Shown here piece by piece: positions 10,286-20,190 of a DNA stretch of 64,000 nt (position 1 is its first letter; every line of letters begins with the position of its first letter). The notes below the pieces were generated by a model that saw only the letters and a program-made list of their open reading frames with translations, was not told where the DNA came from and did no database searches. A program made the translations under genes and the position numbers. Source of the DNA: a virus; the IMG/VR virus record IMGVR_UViG_3300025010_000004, positions 1 through 64,000 of that record. One strand, given 5' to 3'.

Positions 10286-13200
10286 ATGAGATTATTCTTT
10301 ATAAGTATATTTTTGCTCCTCCTAACCAGCAACGCCTGGGGAGCATCTATTACCAACGCCACCGGCCAGGCCGCAGGCACCTATAACTGGTCAGATTCGG
10401 CCACATGGCAGGGCGGCGTTATTCCGGGTCACGACAGCAACGCAAACAGCGACACCGTTATCATCAACGCCCCGGCCAGCGGCGTCATCACTCTTATCAT
10501 CGACCAAAATCTGACCATCGGCAATCCGGCAGACAACACCACGTTCGGGGTTTTGGTTAAAGGGGTTTCAGCAACCAATTACGTGCGGCTGCAGGTTGCC
10601 GACGGCGTGACGGTAACGTTTACCGGGCTCACCAATTACGGACTCAATCAGGGCTATCCTCTGAAAGTTGAGCGGTACGGCCGATTCGAGCCACAACCGG
10701 GCAGCGCGGTAGCGATGGACTCGGCCAGTGAAATGCAAAACATGGCGCTGATACAGGGCACCGTCTACGCCGTCGGCACGGCTGACAAAAAAATAACCTT
10801 TACCTCCCCGGCTGCCCGCGTCAATTGGAACAACAGCGGCACCACTACCCTGACAACCGCCCACGAAAAACAGTATTGGGTGGATAAAAACATCATCAAC
10901 ATCAAACTCGACCGCGACTGGATAGCCAATGCAGACGGCACCGGTCCCGGCGACGACTCGGCTACCGGCAGCACGTCAATAAACGTCTCGGCGATGGCCC
11001 CGGCGGGTTTATTCACAACCCGCAAAAATTACCAATTGGACGCCAACGGTTTGCCCGATCCGACCAACCTTACCGAGGTCGGGGATTATTCCATTAATCA
11101 CGACATGGGACAGATATTTGTCAAAGTAACCGATCAGAACTATGCCGCCATCTCCGCGACTATCGCCTATAAATACCTCACCTATACCGGCTGGGGCATC
11201 AAGCTGCTGGAGAATACCACCTACAACGAAGGCTTTTTTGAACACTGCAATTTTGAGTACATGGGTTTTTACACCACAGCGTTAGGTTCCAACTATGGCG
11301 GAATTACTGTCAGATATAAAAACAGCGCAGCCAGCGCAGCCGACCGTCTATTCAGGTTTGCTAACAACCGGGTAAGGTACTCGGCCTCGTTCCTCGGCCT
11401 TCGGGCGCTGACCGGCACGGCTGCCGACCCGATACTGATTGCCAACAATGATTTTGGTGCCGTCTATGCCGTATCGAGCGCGTTTGCCACTCTTAATTTT
11501 TACGCTGAGGCCAGCGCTTACGTAGCCTTGCGCGACAATCTGGTTAAGACATACCGCTATTTTGTCTCTTCCGGAGGTTACAGCGCGATTCCTATACCGT
11601 TGTCAAATTTTACATTTACCGGCAACAAAATTGCCGCGGCGCAATTGTGGGAGGCAAAGCAGTATGGCGGCGCTCCGATGCCGGATCTGGACATGTCTGG
11701 CAACTATCTGCACGGTTTCGGCTCGTCCGCCATTGCCTCGTCTCTCGTGTATATCAAACATATTTACGGAACTGCCGGCCACCCGGTGCTGATTCATCAC
11801 AACGAGTTCGCCCATAATTACCGGACGATTCTGCACGAGTCGCATATAAAAATTTATGGCAACAATTTTAGGAACTGCAACAAACACTCAAATATGATGG
11901 CCGCATCTAGCCTGGACGAGTACTTATCCGACGTTGATTTTTACAATAACGTGGCGTGGGGTCACGGCATCAGCATCAACACCTCCGGGTTATTCCAGCT
12001 TGGTTATAACAATCGCGTATGGGTGGACAATATCAGGTGTAAAAACAATACGCTGTATAACGCAATCAACGGCTTGGAGTTGTCAGACCTCGACATAGGC
12101 GGCTCTGGCACCACCAACATCGTAACCGTGGGCACCAATATCGAGTATGACAACAACATTGTCCACTCCATGACCACCAACGGCGTGCAGGTGGGGCTGG
12201 GCTGGAACTCCCGTTACAACCGTACCCGGCTGCACCTGGTCAGCCTCGACAACAATATTGTGTACAACTCCGGCTCTGCAGCCTATCTCAATGTTACCCC
12301 CGGCACGTTTACGTGGGGCGGGGAACGGTACAATCTGGCGGCAACGCGCAATGTTGAAGGGGTCGCACTTCATTCGGCCAGCTACAGCAGTCCGCAAACC
12401 AACAAAGCCCTGGCGTTGACAGTAACCACACCCGGCAGTGACGAAACACTGGCATGGGATGGCGGCACGGCTATCCAATTGGTGCAGGGCACCGGCTCGT
12501 TCACCAGCGCCGGAACTAATCCGGCTGACGGTTCCAGTGGTCGAACTCCGTTCGGCACGGTCACCGACGCCGCAAAAACCTGGCAGGTTGACGATTTTCG
12601 GGATACTGACATCAACACCGTAACCAGCCCGTCGGCAATGTGGATCAAAATCACCTCTGGCACCGGCGCGGGGCAGATCCGCATGATTGCCCACACAGCC
12701 AGTGCTACCACATTGAGGATTGTCCCAGCCTGGGACACGCTGCCGCAGGTGGGCGACACCTACACCATTTACAAATCAATGGTGCAGTTGACCGACGGGG
12801 CTGGGACAAATACTATTATGGCCGGTATTGATCTCCGTACCTTACCTACCACCTCACAGACCGACACCGGTATCTCGTGGGCCAACAACAGCCTGACCAG
12901 TGACCCACTGCTGGCGAATCCTGCATCGCTGTCCACCAGCGTTAATGACTACAAAATCACCGCAGGCTCACCGGCCATTGACGCGGGAACGTCACTCAAT
13001 GCCCCTGCCACCGACTATTTTGACACTTCACGCACTACTGCTGATATTGGGTTTTTTGAGTTTGTGTCGGCAGCAAACACCACCTTCGCCGCCTCCGGTA
13101 CGGTTTCAGGCATCGGTACCAGTGACACAATCAGCACTATCCAGATCATCTGGCAACTAAGTGGGACCGATGCAAACGAATCTGCCGCTATATCAGCGGG

Positions 13201-13384
13201 CAGGACAGTATCGTTAACTGAGTCCTCAGATGTATCAGCTTTTCAGGGGTCAGGTTACAACGTATCCATCTCTAAATTGGGGGCGGGAACCTACACGCCA
13301 AAAGTAAGAGTTATCGAAAATAGAGGCGCAGGCGGCAACGTTACCGGGGGCTGGACCGCTGGCAGCAATTTTGTAATTCCGTAA
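10286..13384 (+). CDS. Large secreted parallel beta-helix protein (pectin-lyase-like fold, G8-like N-terminus)
   Basis: Signal peptide MRLFFISIFLLLLTSNAWGA; WSDSATWQGGVIP; N-x-[FI]-x-NN beta-helix repeats; SPAIDAG...ADIGFFE C-terminal motif. Confidence 0.65.
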   Translation: MRLFFISIFLLLLTSNAWGASITNATGQAAGTYNWSDSATWQGGVIPGHDSNANSDTVIINAPASGVITLIIDQNLTIGNPADNTTFGVLVKGVSATNYVRLQVADGVTVTFTGLTNYGLNQGYPLKVERYGRFEPQPGSAVAMDSASEMQNMALIQGTVYAVGTADKKITFTSPAARVNWNNSGTTTLTTAHEKQYWVDKNIINIKLDRDWIANADGTGPGDDSATGSTSINVSAMAPAGLFTTRKNYQLDANGLPDPTNLTEVGDYSINHDMGQIFVKVTDQNYAAISATIAYKYLTYTGWGIKLLENTTYNEGFFEHCNFEYMGFYTTALGSNYGGITVRYKNSAASAADRLFRFANNRVRYSASFLGLRALTGTAADPILIANNDFGAVYAVSSAFATLNFYAEASAYVALRDNLVKTYRYFVSSGGYSAIPIPLSNFTFTGNKIAAAQLWEAKQYGGAPMPDLDMSGNYLHGFGSSAIASSLVYIKHIYGTAGHPVLIHHNEFAHNYRTILHESHIKIYGNNFRNCNKHSNMMAASSLDEYLSDVDFYNNVAWGHGISINTSGLFQLGYNNRVWVDNIRCKNNTLYNAINGLELSDLDIGGSGTTNIVTVGTNIEYDNNIVHSMTTNGVQVGLGWNSRYNRTRLHLVSLDNNIVYNSGSAAYLNVTPGTFTWGGERYNLAATRNVEGVALHSASYSSPQTNKALALTVTTPGSDETLAWDGGTAIQLVQGTGSFTSAGTNPADGSSGRTPFGTVTDAAKTWQVDDFRDTDINTVTSPSAMWIKITSGTGAGQIRMIAHTASATTLRIVPAWDTLPQVGDTYTIYKSMVQLTDGAGTNTIMAGIDLRTLPTTSQTDTGISWANNSLTSDPLLANPASLSTSVNDYKITAGSPAIDAGTSLNAPATDYFDTSRTTADIGFFEFVSAANTTFAASGTVSGIGTSDTISTIQIIWQLSGTDANESAAISAGRTVSLTESSDVSAFQGSGYNVSISKLGAGTYTPKVRVIENRGAGGNVTGGWTAGSNFVIP

Positions 13385-13537
13385 TGGTCATCAGGCTGGA
13401 ATGGTCAAACGAGGGGAGAGTTTAAAGCCTACTCGTTCGATGGTGGATTTGGAAATCTGTTGACGGGCTATTTTGAAGTTTCTGTCGGCACCCACGAACG
13501 CAAAAGCATCCTGGCAAACGAACTTCAAACACTGTGA
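13384..13537 (+). pseudogene. Small ORF broken by one extra base
   Basis: ATG overlaps the upstream TAA. The span to TGA at 13537 is 154 nt (3n+1); removing one G from GAGGGGAG gives a 50-aa ORF. Confidence 0.35.
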
Positions 13538-13549
13538 ATGGAGGTGACT

Positions 13550-13756
13550 GTGCAGGAAGAATATAGAGGACCGGAGCGGCGGAGAATAATAATGTGTACG
13601 CTGCTGATGGTTATTGCATCAGGCTGCTCAAGGCACCAGCTAGACTCCTACGATGTTAGCCTATCAGCTAACGATACAAAGTATCAGAGTGATAGATCAG
13701 ACACGGCAACTACAGTTGGTGGAAAGATTGATTTCCACTTTAAGGTGAAGAGATGA
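13550..13756 (+). CDS. Small lipoprotein (possible spanin component)
   Basis: GGAGG-5nt-GTG start; hydrophobic stretch ending in lipobox-like IASGC. Confidence 0.5.
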   Translation: MQEEYRGPERRRIIMCTLLMVIASGCSRHQLDSYDVSLSANDTKYQSDRSDTATTVGGKIDFHFKVKR

Positions 13757-14337
13757 ACACTATAAAATCAGCAGTAGACGCTTGCTATAATAGCTACGAT
13801 GATGCACAAGCTATTCAAGTAGATGATATGTACTATCATGTATGCGAGATAGATGGTACTACCTATTTAGCTATTAGAGGCACTGATAATAAAATGAACG
13901 TGCGTAGAAACCTTAGGTTTTGGCCAGCGCCCAGTCCCAAAGGTCACATAGCACATAAAGGGTTCGTTGGCGCTAGCAACGTCCTAGTGCAAGAAGCTAA
14001 AAGAATAAAAGAAGAATCAAAAAATTTTATCATAACAGGCCACTCTCTAGGCGGAGCTACCGCTATTATACTAGCGGAAGCTTTGGAGTGTCAGGTAATT
14101 AGCTTTGGGTCTCCTAGAGTATACTTTAAATGGGGCAGCAGCCCTACCTTGAATCATCTTAGGGTAATATGCGACGATGACCCTGTGCCTATGATTCCTA
14201 GGCTTCTTTACAAGCACGTAGAATCCCAATCACTTGTGCTTCACGACAATGATGGGGGCATAGATACAAAAGATCACGACATTGATGTGTACCGTAGTAG
14301 AGTATACGCTTATTTCAACGGAGTCTATAATGGGTAA
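13753..14337 (+). CDS. Lipase, class 3 (alpha/beta hydrolase)
   Basis: AIRGT, HKGF, GHSLGG nucleophile elbow, FGSPR, DPVPMIP, C-terminal DH. Confidence 0.85.
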   Translation: MNTIKSAVDACYNSYDDAQAIQVDDMYYHVCEIDGTTYLAIRGTDNKMNVRRNLRFWPAPSPKGHIAHKGFVGASNVLVQEAKRIKEESKNFIITGHSLGGATAIILAEALECQVISFGSPRVYFKWGSSPTLNHLRVICDDDPVPMIPRLLYKHVESQSLVLHDNDGGIDTKDHDIDVYRSRVYAYFNGVYNG

Positions 14338-14566
14338 GAAACTAAAAGATATACTTGCCGGGTTTATTGAGGATAAGAAAACATCAACTGCAGGAGTAGT
14401 CCCATTGGCCGGAGCAGCGGCTATGGCCTATGGTATGTATACAGGGGCAGTTCCTATTACGTACGAGAACGTCGGTATAGTTGCAACTGGAGCTTCTACT
14501 GGTATAGGACTTTTATTTGCAAAAGATTCAGCAAAGAAGAAGAGAGTGCCAAGGAAGAAGAAATAA
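14330..14566 (+). CDS. Putative holin
   Basis: Two hydrophobic segments, GLLFAKD motif, strongly basic C-terminus; last gene of the late operon. Confidence 0.6.
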   Translation: MGKKLKDILAGFIEDKKTSTAGVVPLAGAAAMAYGMYTGAVPITYENVGIVATGASTGIGLLFAKDSAKKKRVPRKKK

Positions 14567-14567
14567 G

Positions 14568-14600
14568 AAAAGCCCCTCAACTAAAGTTGAGGGGCTTTTT
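14568..14600. terminator. Bidirectional rho-independent terminator
   Basis: AAAAGCCCCTCAAC-TAAA-GTTGAGGGGCTTTTT between convergent operons. Confidence 0.9.
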
Positions 14601-14631
14601 AGTTATCGCTACGGGAATTAACGTAGCGTTA

Positions 14632-15093
14632 CTAGTAATCTTTTCCTTTTTTAAGTATCTTTTGGTTTGAGCTTGCTAAGGTAACTCCATATACTGTATC
14701 GAAATTTCCTTTAAGCTCGTCTATGTATCTACCAGTTTTAATATAGTCGAATTGGTTTCTAATACTAAAGTCAATCTCTGCTATAATCTTACGCGTAAAC
14801 AGCCACGTCTTAAGCCCTGCATTTTTAAGTTTTTCAGCCAATTCAAGCAGCTCTTTAGTAGGCTGCTCTGTAGGCTCGCCGCCCATAAACATAACTTGAG
14901 TAACTAGCCTAGGGTTTTCTTTTGATTTACTTATTAAGTACGCGCTTAGTTCTTCTACTGATACCTCGTCACCTTTAGTAGGGTCATGCGTTTCTGGGTT
15001 GTGACAATTAAAACAATGTGGGCCTGAGCAGCCTGCGAAATAAATGTCAATAGATAGTGAGGATAAGGAGTATTGGGTAGTAAGTATCCTCAT
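14632..15093 (-). CDS. nrdG: Anaerobic ribonucleotide reductase activating enzyme
   Basis: Radical SAM GCSGPHCFNCHNP, GGEP, YIKTGRY, LASSNQ; adjacent to nrdD. Confidence 0.9.
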   Translation of the reverse strand: MRILTTQYSLSSLSIDIYFAGCSGPHCFNCHNPETHDPTKGDEVSVEELSAYLISKSKENPRLVTQVMFMGGEPTEQPTKELLELAEKLKNAGLKTWLFTRKIIAEIDFSIRNQFDYIKTGRYIDELKGNFDTVYGVTLASSNQKILKKGKDY

Positions 15094-17021
15094 TATAGTT
15101 TAACCTTCTCTGCTTTGTAGAACTGTCTATTTGGGTAGTCTTCTTCTCGCCTTACCTGATTCCAGTATTTAACGTTGGTAAGAAACCCAACAACCCTCGT
15201 AAAGTTATCTGCAACATCAGCCCCACATATTGAACACTTCGTATCTTTACCTATACTCATATGGTCATTTACACATCGCTGTATATTGTAGTTAATAGCA
15301 AAATAAACAACCCCCTGCTTGGCACACGTCTTAATAAGATCTACTATCTTATTGTGGTCATTTATCCTTTCTTCTACATTTAGGTGACATATAGCACCGC
15401 CTGAAAAGTGACTGTCAAACAACCCCTGAAGCTTGATTCTATCTAACAAATCAGCCTTAGTAACTAGAGGAATAAACTGATTGCTGTAGATATCGTACTT
15501 ATCATTAAACCCTAGAAGTCTGTCTTTAGCAGCCAATTTAATCGAACTGCTTTCTCCTGGGATTTGTTCACAGTTATGTGGAGTCTTGTACAACTTCTGG
15601 TATTTGTCATTTTCAAGGTTAATAGTTTCTAGAAGAGCTACTACAAAATCTTGCCCGTCACTTTCTAGAATATTGTACCCCATAATTTCACAGCATTCAT
15701 TAAGCCCGTTAACTCCTAAAGTGGAGTATTGTCTTGATAACTCCATAAAACCTAGTGAGTAGAGCGGTAAATTTCCACTTTCAATCCTCTTCTTAATTAT
15801 GGTTCTTTTAGTGTGGTTAACTTTAGCAGCCACCCCTACTAGTTCTTTTAACTCACTAAAGAAGTGTGTTTCTCTTTCTACGCTGTTACTTATTTTAGCT
15901 GCTCTCGTAGCCAGCTTGGGTAAATTTACAGAAACCACCCCAAGAGACCCTATCTTGGAACTACCGCTTCCGAATGAGTTGAAGTACTCATTATCCATTT
16001 CGGATCTTAAACGGCAGCATGAGCTAAGCATCGAGGATTTGCCTATGTAGATGTTGATAAACCCATAGGCCATGTTTTTCTTTGCAATGAACTCGGCAAA
16101 GGTATTGTCTAGTAGTTCCTTCTGGTCGTTTATTGTAAAGCAGGCAGTCACTATAGGAAAAGTAATCGGGGTGCGCTCCATTTCTTTATTCATTACATCT
16201 AGAAACAACTCTTGTAGTTGCTCGACCACATATATAGTAGGGGTGCTCCCATCCGGGAATACGTAGTTCGGGCAAAGGCTTTCTAAGAAAGGCCTGTCGA
16301 ATATAGACACATTTGTAAAGCACGATTGGGAACCTCTTGAGGGTTGTCCAAGAGTGTAAATTAGACTTACTATAGTCTCTTTTACGTATTTCCAGCATGA
16401 GGCTTCATCCTTGAATTCAAAGCCTGCATCTTTTTTATCAGTCAGAATTTTCTCTACATAATAACTCATAACTATGAACAAATCCGCCAGGCCGGTGGCC
16501 CCTAGGGTTGAGTTCGCCGCAATTATAGTGAATTGTTCCACCTGGCTTTTGAAGCTGTACAGGTATTTAGGAGCAATTGATTTAATCTTATCGACCATCG
16601 GGAGACCTAAAAGTGAAATATCGTAAGTGCTGTAATTAAAACAATAGGGACTCCCTGCAGCGATGCCGTGAGCATCATGAAAATAAACATTACCTGATAT
16701 TTGATCTTCCATAGCTGAGTTAGCTATAGCAGCCCCATAAAGCTTCTTCATATTTTTCCATAGCATATAGTAACTATTTAGTTTTAAAAAAGGCTTTGGC
16801 AACTCCAAGCTGTATGCTATATTGCTGTTGTCAGACATATTAGCGTTGGAGTCTATACTGGCATCGGCAGTAGTAGCTGCAGCGAAGAACTCTTTTGAAA
16901 ATTTTGACATGTCAAGTTGCTTGCCGATACCGTCGATATCAAACAACTTTTGCCCGTATTTAGATTTTAGGTACATCATTAAGTCTACAAATTCTTGGTC
17001 GTACGTTTGGTGAATATACAT
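15093..17021 (-). CDS. nrdD: Class III anaerobic ribonucleoside-triphosphate reductase (no ATP cone)
   Basis: YFHD...YC, SSCCRL, QIPGES, FSGGAI, C-terminal Zn site and glycyl loop TRVVGFL. Confidence 0.92.
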   Translation of the reverse strand: MYIHQTYDQEFVDLMMYLKSKYGQKLFDIDGIGKQLDMSKFSKEFFAAATTADASIDSNANMSDNSNIAYSLELPKPFLKLNSYYMLWKNMKKLYGAAIANSAMEDQISGNVYFHDAHGIAAGSPYCFNYSTYDISLLGLPMVDKIKSIAPKYLYSFKSQVEQFTIIAANSTLGATGLADLFIVMSYYVEKILTDKKDAGFEFKDEASCWKYVKETIVSLIYTLGQPSRGSQSCFTNVSIFDRPFLESLCPNYVFPDGSTPTIYVVEQLQELFLDVMNKEMERTPITFPIVTACFTINDQKELLDNTFAEFIAKKNMAYGFINIYIGKSSMLSSCCRLRSEMDNEYFNSFGSGSSKIGSLGVVSVNLPKLATRAAKISNSVERETHFFSELKELVGVAAKVNHTKRTIIKKRIESGNLPLYSLGFMELSRQYSTLGVNGLNECCEIMGYNILESDGQDFVVALLETINLENDKYQKLYKTPHNCEQIPGESSSIKLAAKDRLLGFNDKYDIYSNQFIPLVTKADLLDRIKLQGLFDSHFSGGAICHLNVEERINDHNKIVDLIKTCAKQGVVYFAINYNIQRCVNDHMSIGKDTKCSICGADVADNFTRVVGFLTNVKYWNQVRREEDYPNRQFYKAEKVKL

Positions 17022-17114
17022 GCTTTGTTCTCCTTCTTAAAGAATAGAAAGGAGAGTGTACAACAATACACTCTCCTATGGGTATCTATATTATATACCT
17101 AATTCCAACCTTTT

Positions 17115-17864
17115 TTATTTAACTTTTGTGGCAACTTTCTTAGCTACTTTGCGCTTGCTTATCGGGGTTACATCGAGCCCCCTAGGAACTACCGCGTCAA
17201 CAAGACCCCATTTAACCGCTTCTTCTGCTGTAATATACCAGTCTTGTTTTTTAGCATGTAGTTCATCAAGTCTCTTTTGGGTGACTCTACTCTTCTCTAC
17301 AATGATACTATCAATAACCTTCTGGTCTTTTGCCAGTTGGTCTGCGTTATCCTTATGGTCTTGCAGCTTTCCATAGCCTGGAAAATTTGCTATACTGTGG
17401 GCCATAAGTGCGCAAAAAGAATATGCGTACCGGGCGTGCCCAGATATTAGAATTAGAAATGCCATTGACGCGGCCTGCCCTTGTGCTACAGTTACCACAG
17501 GGGTTTTTGATTGGTAGATCGCGCTCACTACTGCAAGGCCGTCTGTAACGTAACCTCCGGGGCTATTTATAAATAAAGTTATAGGGTTGTATAATCTGTT
17601 ATACCCTACTTCCCTAGCAGTCAGTTCTTCATCTTCACTATTGAAACGCTCTATCGCCATAACAGCTTTTTCAATCCATGTTTCATCTACAGGGCCATTT
17701 AGAATTATTTGCCTGTTAGCTAGATGCTCTTTGTAAACATCAGTGGCTATATTGCCTGTGCTTAAAAGCTCCTGCGGGTTACACCCCTGTGCTACCGAAA
17801 CCTCCTTTACGTTCGGTTTCGTCAAGTTCATCAACTGCCACAAATTTTGCTTGTATATATTCAT
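17115..17864 (-). CDS. clpP: ClpP-family serine protease (start uncertain)
   Basis: [16 protein letters not shown] (Ser), LMAHS (His), [16 protein letters not shown]. Confidence 0.85.
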   Translation of the reverse strand: MNIYKQNLWQLMNLTKPNVKEVSVAQGCNPQELLSTGNIATDVYKEHLANRQIILNGPVDETWIEKAVMAIERFNSEDEELTAREVGYNRLYNPITLFINSPGGYVTDGLAVVSAIYQSKTPVVTVAQGQAASMAFLILISGHARYAYSFCALMAHSIANFPGYGKLQDHKDNADQLAKDQKVIDSIIVEKSRVTQKRLDELHAKKQDWYITAEEAVKWGLVDAVVPRGLDVTPISKRKVAKKVATKVK

Positions 17865-18243
17865 TAAATACCCCCTGCGCGATTCTGTCTCCGTCGGCTA
17901 TTACGACTGGTTCCGTTCCGTGGTTAATTACAATAGCCCCAATTTCATTTCTATAGTCAGAATCTATAGTCCCTGGAGTGTTAACTAGAGTGATGCCGTG
18001 CTTAAGAGCTAGGCCAGACCTAGGCCTAAGTTGAAGCTCATATCCTTTGGGTATAGCCATAGCAATCCCAAGAGGTATAAGCTTCCTCTCTCCGACATTA
18101 AGTATCAGTGGCTCGTCGAGGTATGCATAAAAGTCTACACCAGATGAGCCGACGGTAGCGTCTTTAGGTAGAGGGTGCCTCCCATCCCTAACGTTTTTAA
18201 TTTTAACGTAAAACATATATTTCTTTAAAGCAGAAAACATCAA
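17779..18243 (-). CDS. dut: Trimeric dUTPase
   Basis: [35 protein letters not shown]. Confidence 0.95.
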   Translation of the reverse strand: MMFSALKKYMFYVKIKNVRDGRHPLPKDATVGSSGVDFYAYLDEPLILNVGERKLIPLGIAMAIPKGYELQLRPRSGLALKHGITLVNTPGTIDSDYRNEIGAIVINHGTEPVVIADGDRIAQGVFNEYIQAKFVAVDELDETERKGGFGSTGV

Positions 18244-18248
18244 ACCTC

Positions 18249-18818
18249 CTATCCAATTAAATTTTCTTGTAAAAATTCAAGATTAACTTCTTTACCAGCA
18301 CTACACATGTCTGCTAGGTGAACTATAAGTTCAGCGGTTGCGTATTCCTCAGGAAACTTTTTAGCTCTATTATGGGAAGTCCACCGACCTGTATGGTAGG
18401 CAACCGCATTACATATCTCAGAAACGTCCTTCTTAGCTATGCCCTCAAAGTCAATAGCAAGCTTAGCCAAGAATCCAGCTCCGTCTCTATCGTGAGTTTT
18501 GGTTGTGTATTTCTCCATCACTAGCCCGTATTTAACTATGTCGTGCAGGATAACGGAAGAAATAACTATGTCTTTTTCTCTACCTTCTAAATTATAAGCT
18601 CGACACAGAATGCCTGCAAAATATGTGGCAGACCTTGTATGTCGTACTAACCCACCTGTGCCATTACTTTGAGCCGGGTGGTATTTTCCAGTAGATGAAC
18701 TGGGCACCAGCCAGAAATAAGCTGGTGCCTTGTCCAACGCGAACTTTGTAAATTCACGTATGTTATCATCCTCAATCTGCCTAAGCTCATTGCCTAGTAG
18801 ATCCTCTGCTCTGCTCAT
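18249..18818 (-). CDS. HD-domain phosphohydrolase
   Basis: [34 protein letters not shown]. Confidence 0.8.
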   Translation of the reverse strand: MSRAEDLLGNELRQIEDDNIREFTKFALDKAPAYFWLVPSSSTGKYHPAQSNGTGGLVRHTRSATYFAGILCRAYNLEGREKDIVISSVILHDIVKYGLVMEKYTTKTHDRDGAGFLAKLAIDFEGIAKKDVSEICNAVAYHTGRWTSHNRAKKFPEEYATAELIVHLADMCSAGKEVNLEFLQENLIG

Positions 18819-19612
18819 TAGATAATATCCTCATAGGTGTTGCGAAGTCTTTCTATTGAAATTTCTTCTACGTCGAATCGTCCTTCTGCCCAGTGTGTTA
18901 GAATATTGACTCCGCGCCAATAAGCATTCAACCCTCCGTAGGCGTAATCATCAACATGCTCGAAAAACGCTCCACACATCAATATCTGTAGGATATTGTC
19001 AGCTCCATGCCTGTAGTAGTTGACGTTCTCACGTCTATGAGAATGTGCGAACACCAGACTTTTAGCAGTCATTTCAGCTGCCCGGTGGATTGCGTAGCGA
19101 CCTGAAACGGCCTGGTTTGCCATATTCATTAAAGAGTGCGTGAAATTAACTCCGTCGAACTCAATACCTTGTCGGTATGGAATTATGTCATGGAACCCGT
19201 GGTCTAATAGGTTAAGGTCATCGTCAAGGTTAAGGTGCTCTTTAAGTTCTGCACGGGTTTCGAGATAGCGTACAAGTCTGTCTTCGTGATTACCGTAGAT
19301 ATAAACAATACGAGGTTTGTATACTCGCTCTTTAAGTCTACGTTGCTTGTCTTGAAGTGTTCGTAGTTGGAAGAACAGAAGATCAAGCGCCATATTACCT
19401 GCGGCTATGTCGTTCTGGTATCTCCGCCCTTCCATTACTCCTGACTTGTTGAGATCCCAGTTAGATAAGCTTTCAAGAGATACGAAATCCCCCATAGTTA
19501 TAATCCGGTCAGGCCTGCGGTCAACAATTAGTTGACCTAGTATAGCGAATCTAGATAGGTCTTGCTCGGGGCCTACGTGTGCGTCAGGTATTACTAGTGT
19601 AGTATTATTTAA
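18818..19612 (-). CDS. Calcineurin-like metallophosphoesterase; appears to need a non-canonical start
   Basis: Frame extends upstream of the track start (19495) through IPDAH (motif I); then MGDF, GNHE, AHSH. In-frame TGA at 19628-19630; GGAGG 5 nt before TTA at 19612. Confidence 0.75.
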   Translation of the reverse strand, partial: LNNTTLVIPDAHVGPEQDLSRFAILGQLIVDRRPDRIITMGDFVSLESLSNWDLNKSGVMEGRRYQNDIAAGNMALDLLFFQLRTLQDKQRRLKERVYKPRIVYIYGNHEDRLVRYLETRAELKEHLNLDDDLNLLDHGFHDIIPYRQGIEFDGVNFTHSLMNMANQAVSGRYAIHRAAEMTAKSLVFAHSHRRENVNYYRHGADNILQILMCGAFFEHVDDYAYGGLNAYWRGVNILTHWAEGRFDVEEISIERLRNTYEDII

Positions 19613-19635
19613 TATTTCCTCCGTGGTTCAGTGAA

Positions 19636-19651
19636 GTAGAACATGTTCTAC
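19636..19651. promoter_or_regulatory. 16-bp palindrome site 2
   Basis: GTAGAACATGTTCTAC; supplies the TAG stop of 19648..20190. Confidence 0.8.
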
Positions 19652-20190
19652 TTATTGTCAGTTAACCCATGTAGTGCCAAAAAGTGCGCATCCGCCAAAT
19701 CATAAATACTAGAGGGCTTTAAACTTCGATTAATAATGTAGTCCTCAAATCTTACTTTAACCTCGAATGGAAGTTCAGCAACTGTCGCCTTCTTAAGCCC
19801 GTCTTTAAGTTTCAGTCGTTTAATTTCCCTCCTTTCCTCTATCGGAATAACCTTGGCTCTCCAACTTGTCACTGGAACGGTGGTAACTTTAATACCTGGG
19901 TATAACACATATAATCTAGTTTTTATATACCATAAAAGGCCAGCTAGAATATCTTTACTAGAAGACACAGACCCAAAGCTTAAACCTTCTATGAATACAT
20001 CTGGAAGTACGTTCTCGTAATTTATGGCATCATCTACAACCTTCAATAGTCTATCCCATTGGTAGACTATTAGCTCTTCGTTATCAATCTCTTTCGGGGC
20101 ACATATTAGTTCGTATGATACCAATGAGCCGGTGTCAGTTACGGATACTACAGCGGTGCTCCTTTTAGATTGATCTATCCCTATTCGCAT
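19648..20190 (-). CDS. RuvC-like Holliday junction resolvase
   Basis: IGIDQS, VFIEGLSF, VTSWR, DLADA (RNase H-fold acidic residues). Confidence 0.75.
   Translation of the reverse strand: MRIGIDQSKRSTAVVSVTDTGSLVSYELICAPKEIDNEELIVYQWDRLLKVVDDAINYENVLPDVFIEGLSFGSVSSSKDILAGLLWYIKTRLYVLYPGIKVTTVPVTSWRAKVIPIEERREIKRLKLKDGLKKATVAELPFEVKVRFEDYIINRSLKPSSIYDLADAHFLALHGLTDNK

Noticed and set aside
10568-13160. Multiple overlapping antisense and alternate-frame ORFs in the GC-rich insert (and similar shadows elsewhere)
   Set aside because: Expected shadow ORFs of long genes; no RBS or recognisable motifs.
1-14566. Diversity-generating retroelement acting on tail fibres
   Set aside because: No reverse transcriptase and no TR/VR pair with A-specific mismatches seen; the repeats in 7823..9424 are ordinary protein repeats.
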